From: an uncultured Clostridia bacterium
GTDB lineage: Bacteria > Bacillota > Clostridia > Saccharofermentanales > Saccharofermentanaceae
Length of the DNA: 64,000 nucleotides
Assembly (NCBI GenBank): GCA_947303255.1
Contig: CAMYXL010000001.1
Span: 18,231 to 82,230, forward strand
Reading direction: 5' to 3'
Below, piece after piece: positions 50,156 to 59,360 of the stretch (position 1 is the first letter of the stretch; every line of letters starts with the position of its first letter). The position numbers were made by a program, and so were the translations under genes. The notes under the pieces were generated by a model. That model searched no databases, was not told the DNA's origin, and worked only from the letters and a program-made list of their open reading frames with translations.

Positions 50156-51322
50156 GTGACAAAACCTACTTTACTATACGGCAGCCCGTTCGCTCCGAAG
50201 ATGAGCGGAATCTCCGATTATTCGGTGATCCTGGTTAATGCGCTTTCTGAGTTCTTTGACGTGACGCTCTATACCGATAACTACGAGATCGAGGCTTCTG
50301 ACGTTAAGGATTTTAAGGTGCTGAAGCACGGCGTGGACGAGATCGACTTCGACTCTTTTGACTACCGTCTCTATAACATGGGCAATAACGCAGAGTACCA
50401 CATCTACATCTACGATGCGGCAGTGGAGCACCCGGGCGCGCTTATCATGCACGACCTTTCCATCTGCGACTTTATGCAGGGATATATCAAGGCCAAGGGT
50501 TATCCGTATTATTCGTACATCTATGAGAACTTCGGCCTGGAGGCTTTTACGATCCTTAAGGAAGCGAAGATCGACAAGACTTTCGGCAAGGGCATCGTGT
50601 CGAAGCTCATGCTTAACGACGGGCTTCTTAAGTCAGGCAACAAGATAATCGTTCACTCGGATTATTCGAGAAACAAGATCCTGGAGACGGGACTTGTAAG
50701 TGAAGATAAGATCAGAAAGATCAAGATGATCGAGCAGATAAAGACAGGGGAGGAGTTCATCCCGAAGGCCGATCTCATCAGTAAGTTCAAGATCCCTGAA
50801 GACGCGGTGATCATCTGCGCTTTCGGATTCGCGAGCGACTTTAAGTTCAATGTGGAGACTGCCCGTGCGGTCAAGGAACTTAACAGGGAACTTGATAAGA
50901 AGCTGTGCTACGTCATGGTCGGATCAGGTAACTACGCTGACGAAGAGATCAAGGAAGGCGAAGTTATCAAGACGGGCTTTACGACTATCGAGGAGTTCAA
51001 CAGCTTCGTTAACTGCGCCGACATTATCGTTAACTTAAGATATCCGCCGCTGGGTGAGACTTCAGGTTCCATGTTAAGGATCCTGCAATTAGGTAAGCCG
51101 TGTATCACCAATAACGGCGGCTGGTTTTCTGAGATCCCTGACGACACCGTTATCAAGATCTCAGTCGATAACGTCGAGCAGGAACTTAAGATGACACTTA
51201 AGGAACTTGTAACTGATCCCGAGAAGGCGAAGGATGTGGGTGACAATGCTGCGGCGTACATCAGGGAGAACCACGGGAAAAGTCTCATAGCTAAGGAGTT
51301 TTACGATTATCTCACGAGATGA
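50156..51322 (+). CDS. GT4 glycosyltransferase
   Basis: SPFAPKMSGISDYS, YNMGNN..H, LRYPPLGETSGS, GKPCI. Confidence 0.87.
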   Translation: MTKPTLLYGSPFAPKMSGISDYSVILVNALSEFFDVTLYTDNYEIEASDVKDFKVLKHGVDEIDFDSFDYRLYNMGNNAEYHIYIYDAAVEHPGALIMHDLSICDFMQGYIKAKGYPYYSYIYENFGLEAFTILKEAKIDKTFGKGIVSKLMLNDGLLKSGNKIIVHSDYSRNKILETGLVSEDKIRKIKMIEQIKTGEEFIPKADLISKFKIPEDAVIICAFGFASDFKFNVETARAVKELNRELDKKLCYVMVGSGNYADEEIKEGEVIKTGFTTIEEFNSFVNCADIIVNLRYPPLGETSGSMLRILQLGKPCITNNGGWFSEIPDDTVIKISVDNVEQELKMTLKELVTDPEKAKDVGDNAAAYIRENHGKSLIAKEFYDYLTR

Positions 51323-51331
51323 TTTGATATA

Positions 51332-52366
51332 ATGAGCATAATGAATAAAAGTGATATCGACATCGTCATATACTGGGTCGACGGATCCGACGAGAAGTGG
51401 CTTTCGAAGAAGGCTTCTTATTCACCTGCTTCAAATACTGACATGTCCGCTGCCAGATACAGGGATACCGAGACATTGAAGTATACCTTTAGGGGCATAG
51501 AGAAGTTCATGCCATGGGTAAATAATGTTTATTTTGTTACCGATGAGCAGCTTCCGGATTGGCTCAACAAAGAGGCTCCGAACCTTAAGCTCGTCGACCA
51601 CAAGGACTTCATCCCGCACGAGTATCTTCCTACTTTCAGCGCCAACCCTATAGAACTGAACTTTCACAGGATCGCGGGTCTTAATGAGAAGTTCATCGTG
51701 TTCAACGATGACTTCATTACGACTGCGCCGACTAAGCCGGAGGACTTCTTTATCGACGGCAAGCCGAGAGATATCTTCATGGAATATCCGATCATGTGCG
51801 GCGGCAAGACCCCTGTGTTCTCGTCGCTTTTGACCAATACATATAATCTGATCGGAAAGCATTTCGACAGGAGCGATTATAAGAAGAGACTTAAGTCCAA
51901 GATCCTGTCATTTAAGTACGGCAAGTACTATTTCTATAATCTCATGATGTACATGATGCCGTTCCCGAAGTTCTTCGGACTTCTGACGCCTCACTTCGCG
52001 AGACCTTATCTCAAGTCGACATTCGAGAAGGTCTGGAAGGAGGAGGGCGATGCTCTCGACAAAGTCTGCCACAACAGGTTCAGGTCGAGCGAAGATATCA
52101 ATATCTACGCCATGCGCCTGTGGAACCTCATGGAGGGCAACTTCGTTCCGGGCAATATCCACAAGGACGGCAAGGCGTACCTTCTGACGAGCATTGAAGA
52201 TACGAAGGCAGCCGCATCCGAGATAAAGAGCAGCAGGCGTAAGCTCATCTGCATCAACGACAACCTGGAAGAGAAGGATTTTGACGAGGCCAAGAAGATA
52301 TTCCTGGGCGCTCTGGAAGAGATCTTACCTGAGACTTGTGTTTTCGAAAAAGGTGAGAAAAGATGA
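51332..52366 (+). CDS. Stealth-family hexose-1-phosphate transferase
   Basis: CR1 IDIVIYWVDGSD; CR2 LKYTFRGIEKFMPW and DHKDFIP..LPTFSANPIE..FNDD; CR4 ICIND. Confidence 0.9.
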   Translation: MSIMNKSDIDIVIYWVDGSDEKWLSKKASYSPASNTDMSAARYRDTETLKYTFRGIEKFMPWVNNVYFVTDEQLPDWLNKEAPNLKLVDHKDFIPHEYLPTFSANPIELNFHRIAGLNEKFIVFNDDFITTAPTKPEDFFIDGKPRDIFMEYPIMCGGKTPVFSSLLTNTYNLIGKHFDRSDYKKRLKSKILSFKYGKYYFYNLMMYMMPFPKFFGLLTPHFARPYLKSTFEKVWKEEGDALDKVCHNRFRSSEDINIYAMRLWNLMEGNFVPGNIHKDGKAYLLTSIEDTKAAASEIKSSRRKLICINDNLEEKDFDEAKKIFLGALEEILPETCVFEKGEKR

Positions 52367-53370
52367 GCGAACCCAAGGTCTCGATAATCATAGCTGTCTA
52401 CAATACCGAGAAGTACCTCAAGGACTGCATCGAATCAGTCCTTTCCCAGGACTACGAAAACATCGAGCTGTTCCTGGTGGACGACGGCAGCACCGACGGA
52501 TCTCCTGCCATCATGGATTCCTATGTGGAGAAATATCCGTCCAAGGTCGTCAAGCTCACCAAGGAGAACGGCGGTCAGGCATCCGCGAGAAATCTCGCAC
52601 TGGATAAGATCTCCGGCGAATATCTGACATTCATGGATTCCGACGACTACATCGCCAAGGACTACATAAGGACCCTCATCACTGAGGCGGCCGCGCACGA
52701 TGCCGACATGGTCGCATCGGGCCAGTTCAAGGTTGGCGAGGACGGCCATATCATCGACACCATCCGCTATAAGGTTACCGACGGCAAGTCGCTTCAGAGG
52801 CGTCTTAATATCGCGGGCAAGCTCTACAGGACCGAGTACGTCAGAAGGTTCAATATCAAGTTCCCGGAAGGCAAGCTCTACGAGGATAATTCTTTCAACT
52901 TCCTGGCGTTCTTCCTAAGCCCGAACGTTAGGATCCTTCCTTACGAGGGCTACAACCAGGTGGTCCACGAGGGCAGCACGACAGCTAAACTGATCGACCA
53001 CAAAAAGCTCCCGTTCGACAACTGGAGCTACTGCATAAGGACAGTCAAGGAAAAGGCCGTCCCTGGCGTTGACATGGACCTTTTCGACATCACGGTCCTG
53101 AGTTTTTTCACGTATTTTCTCATCATCCGCAACAGGAAAAGGGAGTACCTTCCGAACGAGGACCGCCAAAACTCCATGGACAATGCCTATGCCATCTCCG
53201 ACATGTTCGAAAACATGACCAACGAGTTTTTCGGAGACTTCAAGAAGAATAAATACAGGAGTCTTTTCTCGGGGCTCCCGCTGAAGCAGGTCCTGGGCGT
53301 CCGCGTTTTTTATTCATACGCATCGAGGAAAAAACTTCGAAAACTTGTTAAAATGTTGTATCGATTCTAA
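52363..53370 (+). CDS. GT2 glycosyltransferase
   Basis: VSIIIAVYN, VDDGSTDGS, NGGQASARN, FMDSDD, YED. Confidence 0.92.
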   Translation: MSEPKVSIIIAVYNTEKYLKDCIESVLSQDYENIELFLVDDGSTDGSPAIMDSYVEKYPSKVVKLTKENGGQASARNLALDKISGEYLTFMDSDDYIAKDYIRTLITEAAAHDADMVASGQFKVGEDGHIIDTIRYKVTDGKSLQRRLNIAGKLYRTEYVRRFNIKFPEGKLYEDNSFNFLAFFLSPNVRILPYEGYNQVVHEGSTTAKLIDHKKLPFDNWSYCIRTVKEKAVPGVDMDLFDITVLSFFTYFLIIRNRKREYLPNEDRQNSMDNAYAISDMFENMTNEFFGDFKKNKYRSLFSGLPLKQVLGVRVFYSYASRKKLRKLVKMLYRF

Positions 53371-53382
53371 TGAGGTCCGGCC

Positions 53383-54429
53383 ATGAGATACTATGTCACA
53401 GAAAGAGAGTTTGACGAATACGACAGCGTCACCGCCCGCGCCAAGGCAAGGGATGATGCTGAATCGATCGTGAAGGAACTGGGTTACATGCCTATCGTTA
53501 TCGACGTGCCGGACAGATCTTCCTTCAGCATTCCCCGTAAGATCTGGTGGCAGATAAGGATCGTCCCTGTATGGGTCAGGAATCTTAAGCAGGTCACAAA
53601 GGGCGACGAGCTCTTTATCCAGTTCCCGTTCAGGGAGCATTCTGTCTTTCTTCCTCTTGTTCTTCGAAAAAGCAGGAAGAAGGGCGTCAGGATCGTCATG
53701 CTCGTTCACGACTTTGAACTTTTCAGAGCCCTCAAGGACAGTGGGAAAACTATTTTCGATAAGGTAAAGAATTACTTTGATGCAAAGAGCCTTAAGTATG
53801 CGAGCAAGGTCATCCTCCATAACGATAAGATGATCAAGGCGGCCAAAGAGAAGGGCTTAAGCGAACTTCGCCTTATAGACCTTCAGATATTCGATTATCT
53901 TACGGACGCGCCGATCTCCGGTAAGCGCGGTCTTAACGAGCCTTTGATCGTGGCAGGTAATCTCATGAGAAGCAAGTCCGGATACCTCTACGAACTTCCG
54001 TCCGACCTTAAGATCAATCTCTACGGTCCGGGCTACGAAGGCGAGGCGACGGATAATATCAACATCATGGGTGCTTTCCCGCCTGAGGAACTTCCGGGTA
54101 AGCTCGAAGGAAGCTTCGGTATCGTCTGGGACGGTCCGACCGCAGCGACCTGCGACGGCGTTTTCGGAAAGTACCTTACTATCAATAATCCTCATAAGAC
54201 GTCGCTTTATCTCGCGTCAGGTCTTCCGGTCATCATCTGGAAGGAAGCGGCCCTGGCGGATTTCATCGTCAAGAACGGCCTGGGGATCGCGGTCAACAGC
54301 CTAAGCGAGATACCTATGAGACTTAAGTCCATGAGTGAAAGCGACTATAACAAAATGGTCGCCAATACAAAGGACATTAGTGGCAAATTACGAACAGGTT
54401 TCTTTCTGAAAAAAGCACTCAAAGAGTAG
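53383..54429 (+). CDS. Galactofuranosyltransferase-like glycosyltransferase (WbbI/Gtf3-type)
   Basis: ARAKARDD, LVHDFE, FDYL, AGNL, FGIVWDG, YLTINNPHKTSLYLASGLPVIIW. Confidence 0.8.
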   Translation: MRYYVTEREFDEYDSVTARAKARDDAESIVKELGYMPIVIDVPDRSSFSIPRKIWWQIRIVPVWVRNLKQVTKGDELFIQFPFREHSVFLPLVLRKSRKKGVRIVMLVHDFELFRALKDSGKTIFDKVKNYFDAKSLKYASKVILHNDKMIKAAKEKGLSELRLIDLQIFDYLTDAPISGKRGLNEPLIVAGNLMRSKSGYLYELPSDLKINLYGPGYEGEATDNINIMGAFPPEELPGKLEGSFGIVWDGPTAATCDGVFGKYLTINNPHKTSLYLASGLPVIIWKEAALADFIVKNGLGIAVNSLSEIPMRLKSMSESDYNKMVANTKDISGKLRTGFFLKKALKE

Positions 54430-54457
54430 ATTATTTATGCTATAATTCATTCTGTTT

Positions 54458-55669
54458 ATGAGTGAGAGTATTAAACAGAAACAAAGAAGTATATTCAAAG
54501 TTAACTTATTGGGGATAGGCAGCGGACTTTTGATATTCTTTACGCTGTGCGCGTTTGTGACCGCAATTGCGCTTATCCTTCTGTTTATGTTCCACGGTTT
54601 TTCCGACACCATCATCGATTACGGCAGGATCATTGCAGGCATCGCTTTGTTCGAGAACCCGTTCCTTTGGGCGGGAATACTTCTCATCTACATGTCATCC
54701 GCTTATCTTGATTTTAATTCCAAGGTCATCGGCGCACTTTGCTGCCTCGTACCTATCGTTCATTTTGCGGTCCTGGTCCTGATCCTCAAGGTCAGCATCC
54801 GCGAGTACAGAAACGAGAAGATGAGACTCGCACTTCAGGAAACAGGCGCGGTATCAGACGTATGCGGCACCAAGTACCCGATCCTTCTGATCCACGGAAT
54901 CTTCTTCAGAGACTTCCAGGCACTGAGTTATTGGGGCCGTATTCCTTATTATCTCGAAAAAAACGGCGCAAAGATCTTCTACGGCGATCACGAATCCTGT
55001 GAGAACGTCGAAAAGAGCGCAGAAGATATCGCAGCAAGGATCCGCGAGATCGTTGAGACAACTGGCTGCGAGAAAGTCAACATCATCGCACATTCCAAGG
55101 GCGGCCTTGACGTTAAGTATGCTGTTGCAAAGATGGGCATCGAGAAGCATGTCGCTTCGATAACGACCATCAGCACACCTCACTACGGCTGTGAATATGC
55201 AGACTATTTCCTCGGACTTATCCCTGGTAAGGCTAAGCCTGTTCTCTCATACATCGCCAATTCCATTTTCAAAAGACTCGGCGACCGTAACCCGGACGTT
55301 CTTTCCGCAGTTGAGGAATTGACTGTCGAGAGATGTCTTGAACTTAACCGTGAGACTTCCGACTTCGATTTGGAGGCCAACGGCATCTACACCCAGAGCT
55401 TCGGATCAGGCTTAAGATACGGCAGGAGCGGCATTCTTCCTCTGGATCTGTTCTGCAGGGTAGTCGACAGATTTGACGGTCCGAACGACGGTCTTGTCGG
55501 ACTTGCTTCATTCCGTTGGGGCGAGAAATATACGCTTCTTGATAACGGCAGGAGAAGAGGAATCTCCCACGGCGATATGATCGACATCACCAGAGACAAG
55601 GTTCCGGGTTTTGATGTTTGCTCATTTTATATCGATCTTGCCAGCAATCTTCGTTGCAGAGGTCTTTAA
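54458..55669 (+). CDS. Membrane-anchored triacylglycerol lipase-like alpha/beta hydrolase
   Basis: Three N-terminal TM segments, YPILLIHG, YWGRIP, nucleophile AHSKGG, TPHYG, NDGLV, ISHGD. Confidence 0.85.
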   Translation: MSESIKQKQRSIFKVNLLGIGSGLLIFFTLCAFVTAIALILLFMFHGFSDTIIDYGRIIAGIALFENPFLWAGILLIYMSSAYLDFNSKVIGALCCLVPIVHFAVLVLILKVSIREYRNEKMRLALQETGAVSDVCGTKYPILLIHGIFFRDFQALSYWGRIPYYLEKNGAKIFYGDHESCENVEKSAEDIAARIREIVETTGCEKVNIIAHSKGGLDVKYAVAKMGIEKHVASITTISTPHYGCEYADYFLGLIPGKAKPVLSYIANSIFKRLGDRNPDVLSAVEELTVERCLELNRETSDFDLEANGIYTQSFGSGLRYGRSGILPLDLFCRVVDRFDGPNDGLVGLASFRWGEKYTLLDNGRRRGISHGDMIDITRDKVPGFDVCSFYIDLASNLRCRGL

Positions 55670-55730
55670 ACTTTACTCCTAAATGTGTAAAATACTACAA
55701 GATGAACAGTTTGATGGGAGAAGTGTTTCT

Positions 55731-56423
55731 TTGATCGGTTATTATGACTACACAGTTTGGCTGACGTATTGCTCACTGATTTCGGCAGGAATCGGTATCT
55801 TCAGCTCCCTTAGTGGCGGCGGCCACCCGTATATCGGAATGTTCTTCCTTCTTTTATCCGGACTTTGCGACGCTTTTGACGGCAAGGTTGCCAGGACCAA
55901 GAAGAACAGGACAGAGATGCAGATCGATTTTGGTATCCAGATCGATTCTCTTGCCGACCTTGTAGCCTTCGGAGTTCTTCCTGCCAGCATCGGCGTCAGT
56001 ATGCTCCGCATCTTCGATCACACATGGGGATTCCATCCGAGAACAGCATCAACGCTTCTCGTTCACCTTGCTCTTTATACCGTTTTGGTATTCTACGTTC
56101 TTGCAGCACTTATTAGACTTGCTTACTTTAACGTTCTCGAAGCTCAGAGAAGAAGAGACGGCGGTACAGGCGCCAACAAGGAATACAGAGGTCTTCCTGT
56201 TACGTCCGCTGCTCTTTTGTTCCCGACAGTGCTTCTCGTTCAGTACGCAACTTCTATCGATATCACGTTCACTTATTTCGCTACGATACTCGTTACGGGT
56301 ATTCTCTTCATCACCCCGTTCAAGCTTAAGAAGCCGGGTACCAGAGATATCCTCATCATGGTCGGTATCGGCGCACTTGAACTTGCTGCTCTCATCGTTA
56401 TGAAGATCATTGCCCGCAGGTAA
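55731..56423 (+). CDS. pssA: CDP-diacylglycerol--serine O-phosphatidyltransferase
   Basis: CDP-alcohol phosphotransferase motif DAFDGKVAR...FGIQIDSLADLVAFG and YRGLP; adjacent to psd. TTG start at 55731 after GGGAG (the ORF extends to 55683). Confidence 0.85.
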   Translation: MIGYYDYTVWLTYCSLISAGIGIFSSLSGGGHPYIGMFFLLLSGLCDAFDGKVARTKKNRTEMQIDFGIQIDSLADLVAFGVLPASIGVSMLRIFDHTWGFHPRTASTLLVHLALYTVLVFYVLAALIRLAYFNVLEAQRRRDGGTGANKEYRGLPVTSAALLFPTVLLVQYATSIDITFTYFATILVTGILFITPFKLKKPGTRDILIMVGIGALELAALIVMKIIARR

Positions 56424-56434
56424 GGAGTCCGACA

Positions 56435-57280
56435 TTGCCCCAGCCACCGATCAAGATCCAACCCGACAGCAAGAGTTTGCGATTCCTCTATAAGAACCCA
56501 ATCGGAAGAGTATTCCTTAAGCTTTTGTGCGCTCCTTGGCTTTCCAAGGTCTGCGGCGCATATCTTTCTTCGTCTTTTTCGAGACCTTTGATCAATTCTT
56601 TTGTTCGAAAAAACGGTATCGACATGTCCCAGTATGAGAACCGTCCGTACCACGATTTCAACGATTTCTTTACCCGTAAGATAAATCCCGAACTTCGTCC
56701 GGTGGACATGGATCCTGAGGCTTTTGTCGCACCTTGCGACGGCCTTCTTACGGTTTTCCCGATCGACAAGGACACGGTGCTTCCTGTTAAGCAGAGCAAC
56801 TACAAGATCACTGATCTTCTTGATTCTCCTGAAGAAGCGAAAATGTTCGAAGACGGCATCTGCCTTGTCTTCAGACTCTGCGTCGATCATTATCACAGAT
56901 ATTTCTTCTTTGATGACTGCGAAGTCGGAAAGCCTCAATTCATTAAGGGCAAACTTCACACGGTCCGTCCGATAGCTCTTGAGACGGAGCATGTTTTCAC
57001 GACAAACAGCAGGGAGAAGACACTTCTTAAGACCAGGAACTTCGGTAACGCCATGCAGGTCGAAGTCGGCGCCATGCTCGTCGGCAAGATCAAGAACCAC
57101 GACATCTCTTCAGCCAAAAGAGGCGATGAGAAGGGCATGTTCCTTTACGGCGGCTCCACAGTCATCCTCCTTCTCGAAAAAGACCGCGTCAATCTTTACG
57201 AGGATTTTTTCAGGAATTCTTCAGAGTATGCCGAGACTCCTGTCAAGTTCGGCGAGAAGCTCGGCGAAATTTGCCGATGA
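56435..57280 (+). CDS. psd: Phosphatidylserine decarboxylase proenzyme
   Basis: FNDFFTRK, APCDG, DHYHR, EVGAMLVGKI, self-cleavage motif GGST. Confidence 0.92.
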   Translation: MPQPPIKIQPDSKSLRFLYKNPIGRVFLKLLCAPWLSKVCGAYLSSSFSRPLINSFVRKNGIDMSQYENRPYHDFNDFFTRKINPELRPVDMDPEAFVAPCDGLLTVFPIDKDTVLPVKQSNYKITDLLDSPEEAKMFEDGICLVFRLCVDHYHRYFFFDDCEVGKPQFIKGKLHTVRPIALETEHVFTTNSREKTLLKTRNFGNAMQVEVGAMLVGKIKNHDISSAKRGDEKGMFLYGGSTVILLLEKDRVNLYEDFFRNSSEYAETPVKFGEKLGEICR

Positions 57281-57334
57281 CTTTTTCGCGTGAGCATATA
57301 TAATATATAACGATTTTAATTTTCAGAGGTTATT

Positions 57335-58261
57335 ATGATCTTCAATAATATTCTTGAGGCGATGGGAAGCACTCCGCTCGTCAAACTATCGAAAATGGTC
57401 GGTCCTGACAGCGCGAGGATCCTCGTTAAGGTCGAGGGCCTGAACGTCGGAGGTTCCATCAAGACCAGAACAGCATATAACATGATCAGGGCTGCCGAGG
57501 AAAAAGGCCTTATCAACGAGAACACCATAATTGTTGAGCCGACCAGCGGCAACCAGGGTATCGGCCTTGCTCTCGTCGGAGCAGTAAGAGGCTATAAGAC
57601 TATCATCATCATGCCTGACTCCGTCAGCGAAGAGAGAAAGAAACTTGTTGAGCACTACGGCTCTCAGGTTATCCTGATCCACGACGCAGGCAACATCGGT
57701 GCTTGTATCGAAGAGTGTCTCCAGACTGCTCTTAGGATGCAAAGGGAAGATCCGAATGTCTTCGTTCCGCAGCAGTTCGAGAATCCTGCCAATCCTGCAG
57801 TTCACAAGAAGCAGACAGGTATCGAGATCTTAAACCAGGTTGACGGACATATCCACGGTTTCTGCTCCGGTATCGGAACAGGAGGAACCATCACGGGTAT
57901 CGGTGAGGTGCTTAAGTCTGAGAACCCGGATATCGAGATCTGGGCTGTAGAGCCTGAGCACGCGGCTATCCTTTCAGGCGGTTCCATCGGAACACATCTT
58001 CAGATGGGAATCGGCGACGGCGTAATCCCGAAGATATTGAATCAGGATATCTACAACGATATCTGCATCGTAAAAGACGAAGAAGCTATCCAGGCAGCCA
58101 AAGACCTGGCTTCCAAGGAAGGCATCATGTGCGGTATCTCAAGCGGAACCAATGTGGCAGCTGCTTTGAAGCTCGCCAAGAAACTGGGCCCGGGCAAGAC
58201 GGTGGTAACGGTCCTTCCGGACACAGCCGAGAGATACTTCTCGACACCGCTTTTTGACTGA
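57335..58261 (+). CDS. cysK: Cysteine synthase A
   Basis: GSTPLV, GSIKTR (PLP lysine), PTSGNQG, QQFENPAN, GIGTGGT, GISSG. Confidence 0.93.
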   Translation: MIFNNILEAMGSTPLVKLSKMVGPDSARILVKVEGLNVGGSIKTRTAYNMIRAAEEKGLINENTIIVEPTSGNQGIGLALVGAVRGYKTIIIMPDSVSEERKKLVEHYGSQVILIHDAGNIGACIEECLQTALRMQREDPNVFVPQQFENPANPAVHKKQTGIEILNQVDGHIHGFCSGIGTGGTITGIGEVLKSENPDIEIWAVEPEHAAILSGGSIGTHLQMGIGDGVIPKILNQDIYNDICIVKDEEAIQAAKDLASKEGIMCGISSGTNVAAALKLAKKLGPGKTVVTVLPDTAERYFSTPLFD

Positions 58262-58268
58262 TAATATC

Positions 58269-58301
58269 ACGGCACGTCCAACGATCCGGGCGTGCCGTTT
58301 T
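58269..58301 (+). terminator. Intrinsic terminator
   Basis: ACGGCACGTCC-N8-GGGCGTGCCGT-TTT. Confidence 0.7.
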
Positions 58302-58424
58302 GCAATTTGAAAACAAAATAGAATAAACTATTTGCAAGCCTGAGATATATACACCCTTAGCTTAAATGTTAGAATTATACCGTAAGTTTAAAGCTTGTTT
58401 CTTTATACGTTATGGAGTAAAAAA

Positions 58425-59315
58425 ATGACAAACATCAAGATTCATCAGTGCCCGTCCTGCGGCGGCAATCTCACCGTAGACAACGACAGACAAATGTATC
58501 ATTGCTCTTTCTGCGGCAGCTCTTTCGATTATGAGTATTTTCGAGAAGAACAGGCTCATGAGATGGGCGAGAAATACTTAAGCAGAGGCGAGTATGCCGC
58601 AGCTATCGATCTTTATAAGTTCGTATTGGATAAGAATCCGCATGATTTTATTTCTCTCAGGGGTCTGATGCTCGCGTCGGCACGCCTGAAGGAGATGAAG
58701 GAACTGACCTCCAAAGTCGGCACTGAAGGTTTCTCATATGACACAAAGCAGGTTGATTTCATCTGCGGCAGTGCTTCTCCGGATGACAAAGAATATTTTG
58801 ACGGTATGTCAAAGATTTATTCCGATATTAAGTCCGTCTCGGCCCTGGTCGAAGAGCAGAATGTTCTTCGTAAGGAAAAGAGGAGGATCGAGGACAAGAT
58901 CCATCTCGAGCTCAAGAGCCGTGAAGAGTGCAGTGTCAAAGACAGATACGGAACCGGACATGATCCGATAAAGGCTTTTATAGCGATGACCGCTATCTGC
59001 GGATTTTTCCTTCTGGTAATCCTCGTCCTGGTGATAGTAGGACTTTTTACGGAAGATTGGGTAGTCGGAATCGGTTTTATGCTCCTTCTTCTGGCGGTCC
59101 CGTTGACAATCATCGATTTTTTGATAGTATTCCCGCGCTTCAAGAAGGCAAGGGAGATCGATGCCAGGATCGGTAAATACGGCATCGAGTCCGGCAAGCG
59201 TCAGAGAAGGATCAACGAGCTGGGCGAGCTGATCGACAAGGAGTCTTCAGCCATCAAGCATGCGTGCTCCGACCTTATGAAGAAGGACACAAAGATCATG
59301 AATGAACTCAAATAA
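58425..59315 (+). CDS. Hypothetical protein: Zn-ribbon, helical/coiled-coil region and two TM segments
   Basis: CPSCGG...CSFCG at the N-terminus, a TPR-like helix pair, a coiled coil and two hydrophobic segments. ATG at 58425 after GGAG. Confidence 0.65.
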   Translation: MTNIKIHQCPSCGGNLTVDNDRQMYHCSFCGSSFDYEYFREEQAHEMGEKYLSRGEYAAAIDLYKFVLDKNPHDFISLRGLMLASARLKEMKELTSKVGTEGFSYDTKQVDFICGSASPDDKEYFDGMSKIYSDIKSVSALVEEQNVLRKEKRRIEDKIHLELKSREECSVKDRYGTGHDPIKAFIAMTAICGFFLLVILVLVIVGLFTEDWVVGIGFMLLLLAVPLTIIDFLIVFPRFKKAREIDARIGKYGIESGKRQRRINELGELIDKESSAIKHACSDLMKKDTKIMNELK

Positions 59316-59320
59316 TATAA

Positions 59321-59345
59321 GTGACTGTCTCATTGAGGCAGTCAC
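59321..59345. terminator. Hairpin after the hypothetical gene
   Basis: GTGACTGTCTC-att-GAGGCAGTCAC. Confidence 0.6.
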
Positions 59346-59360
59346 TAAATATTTGTAGGA

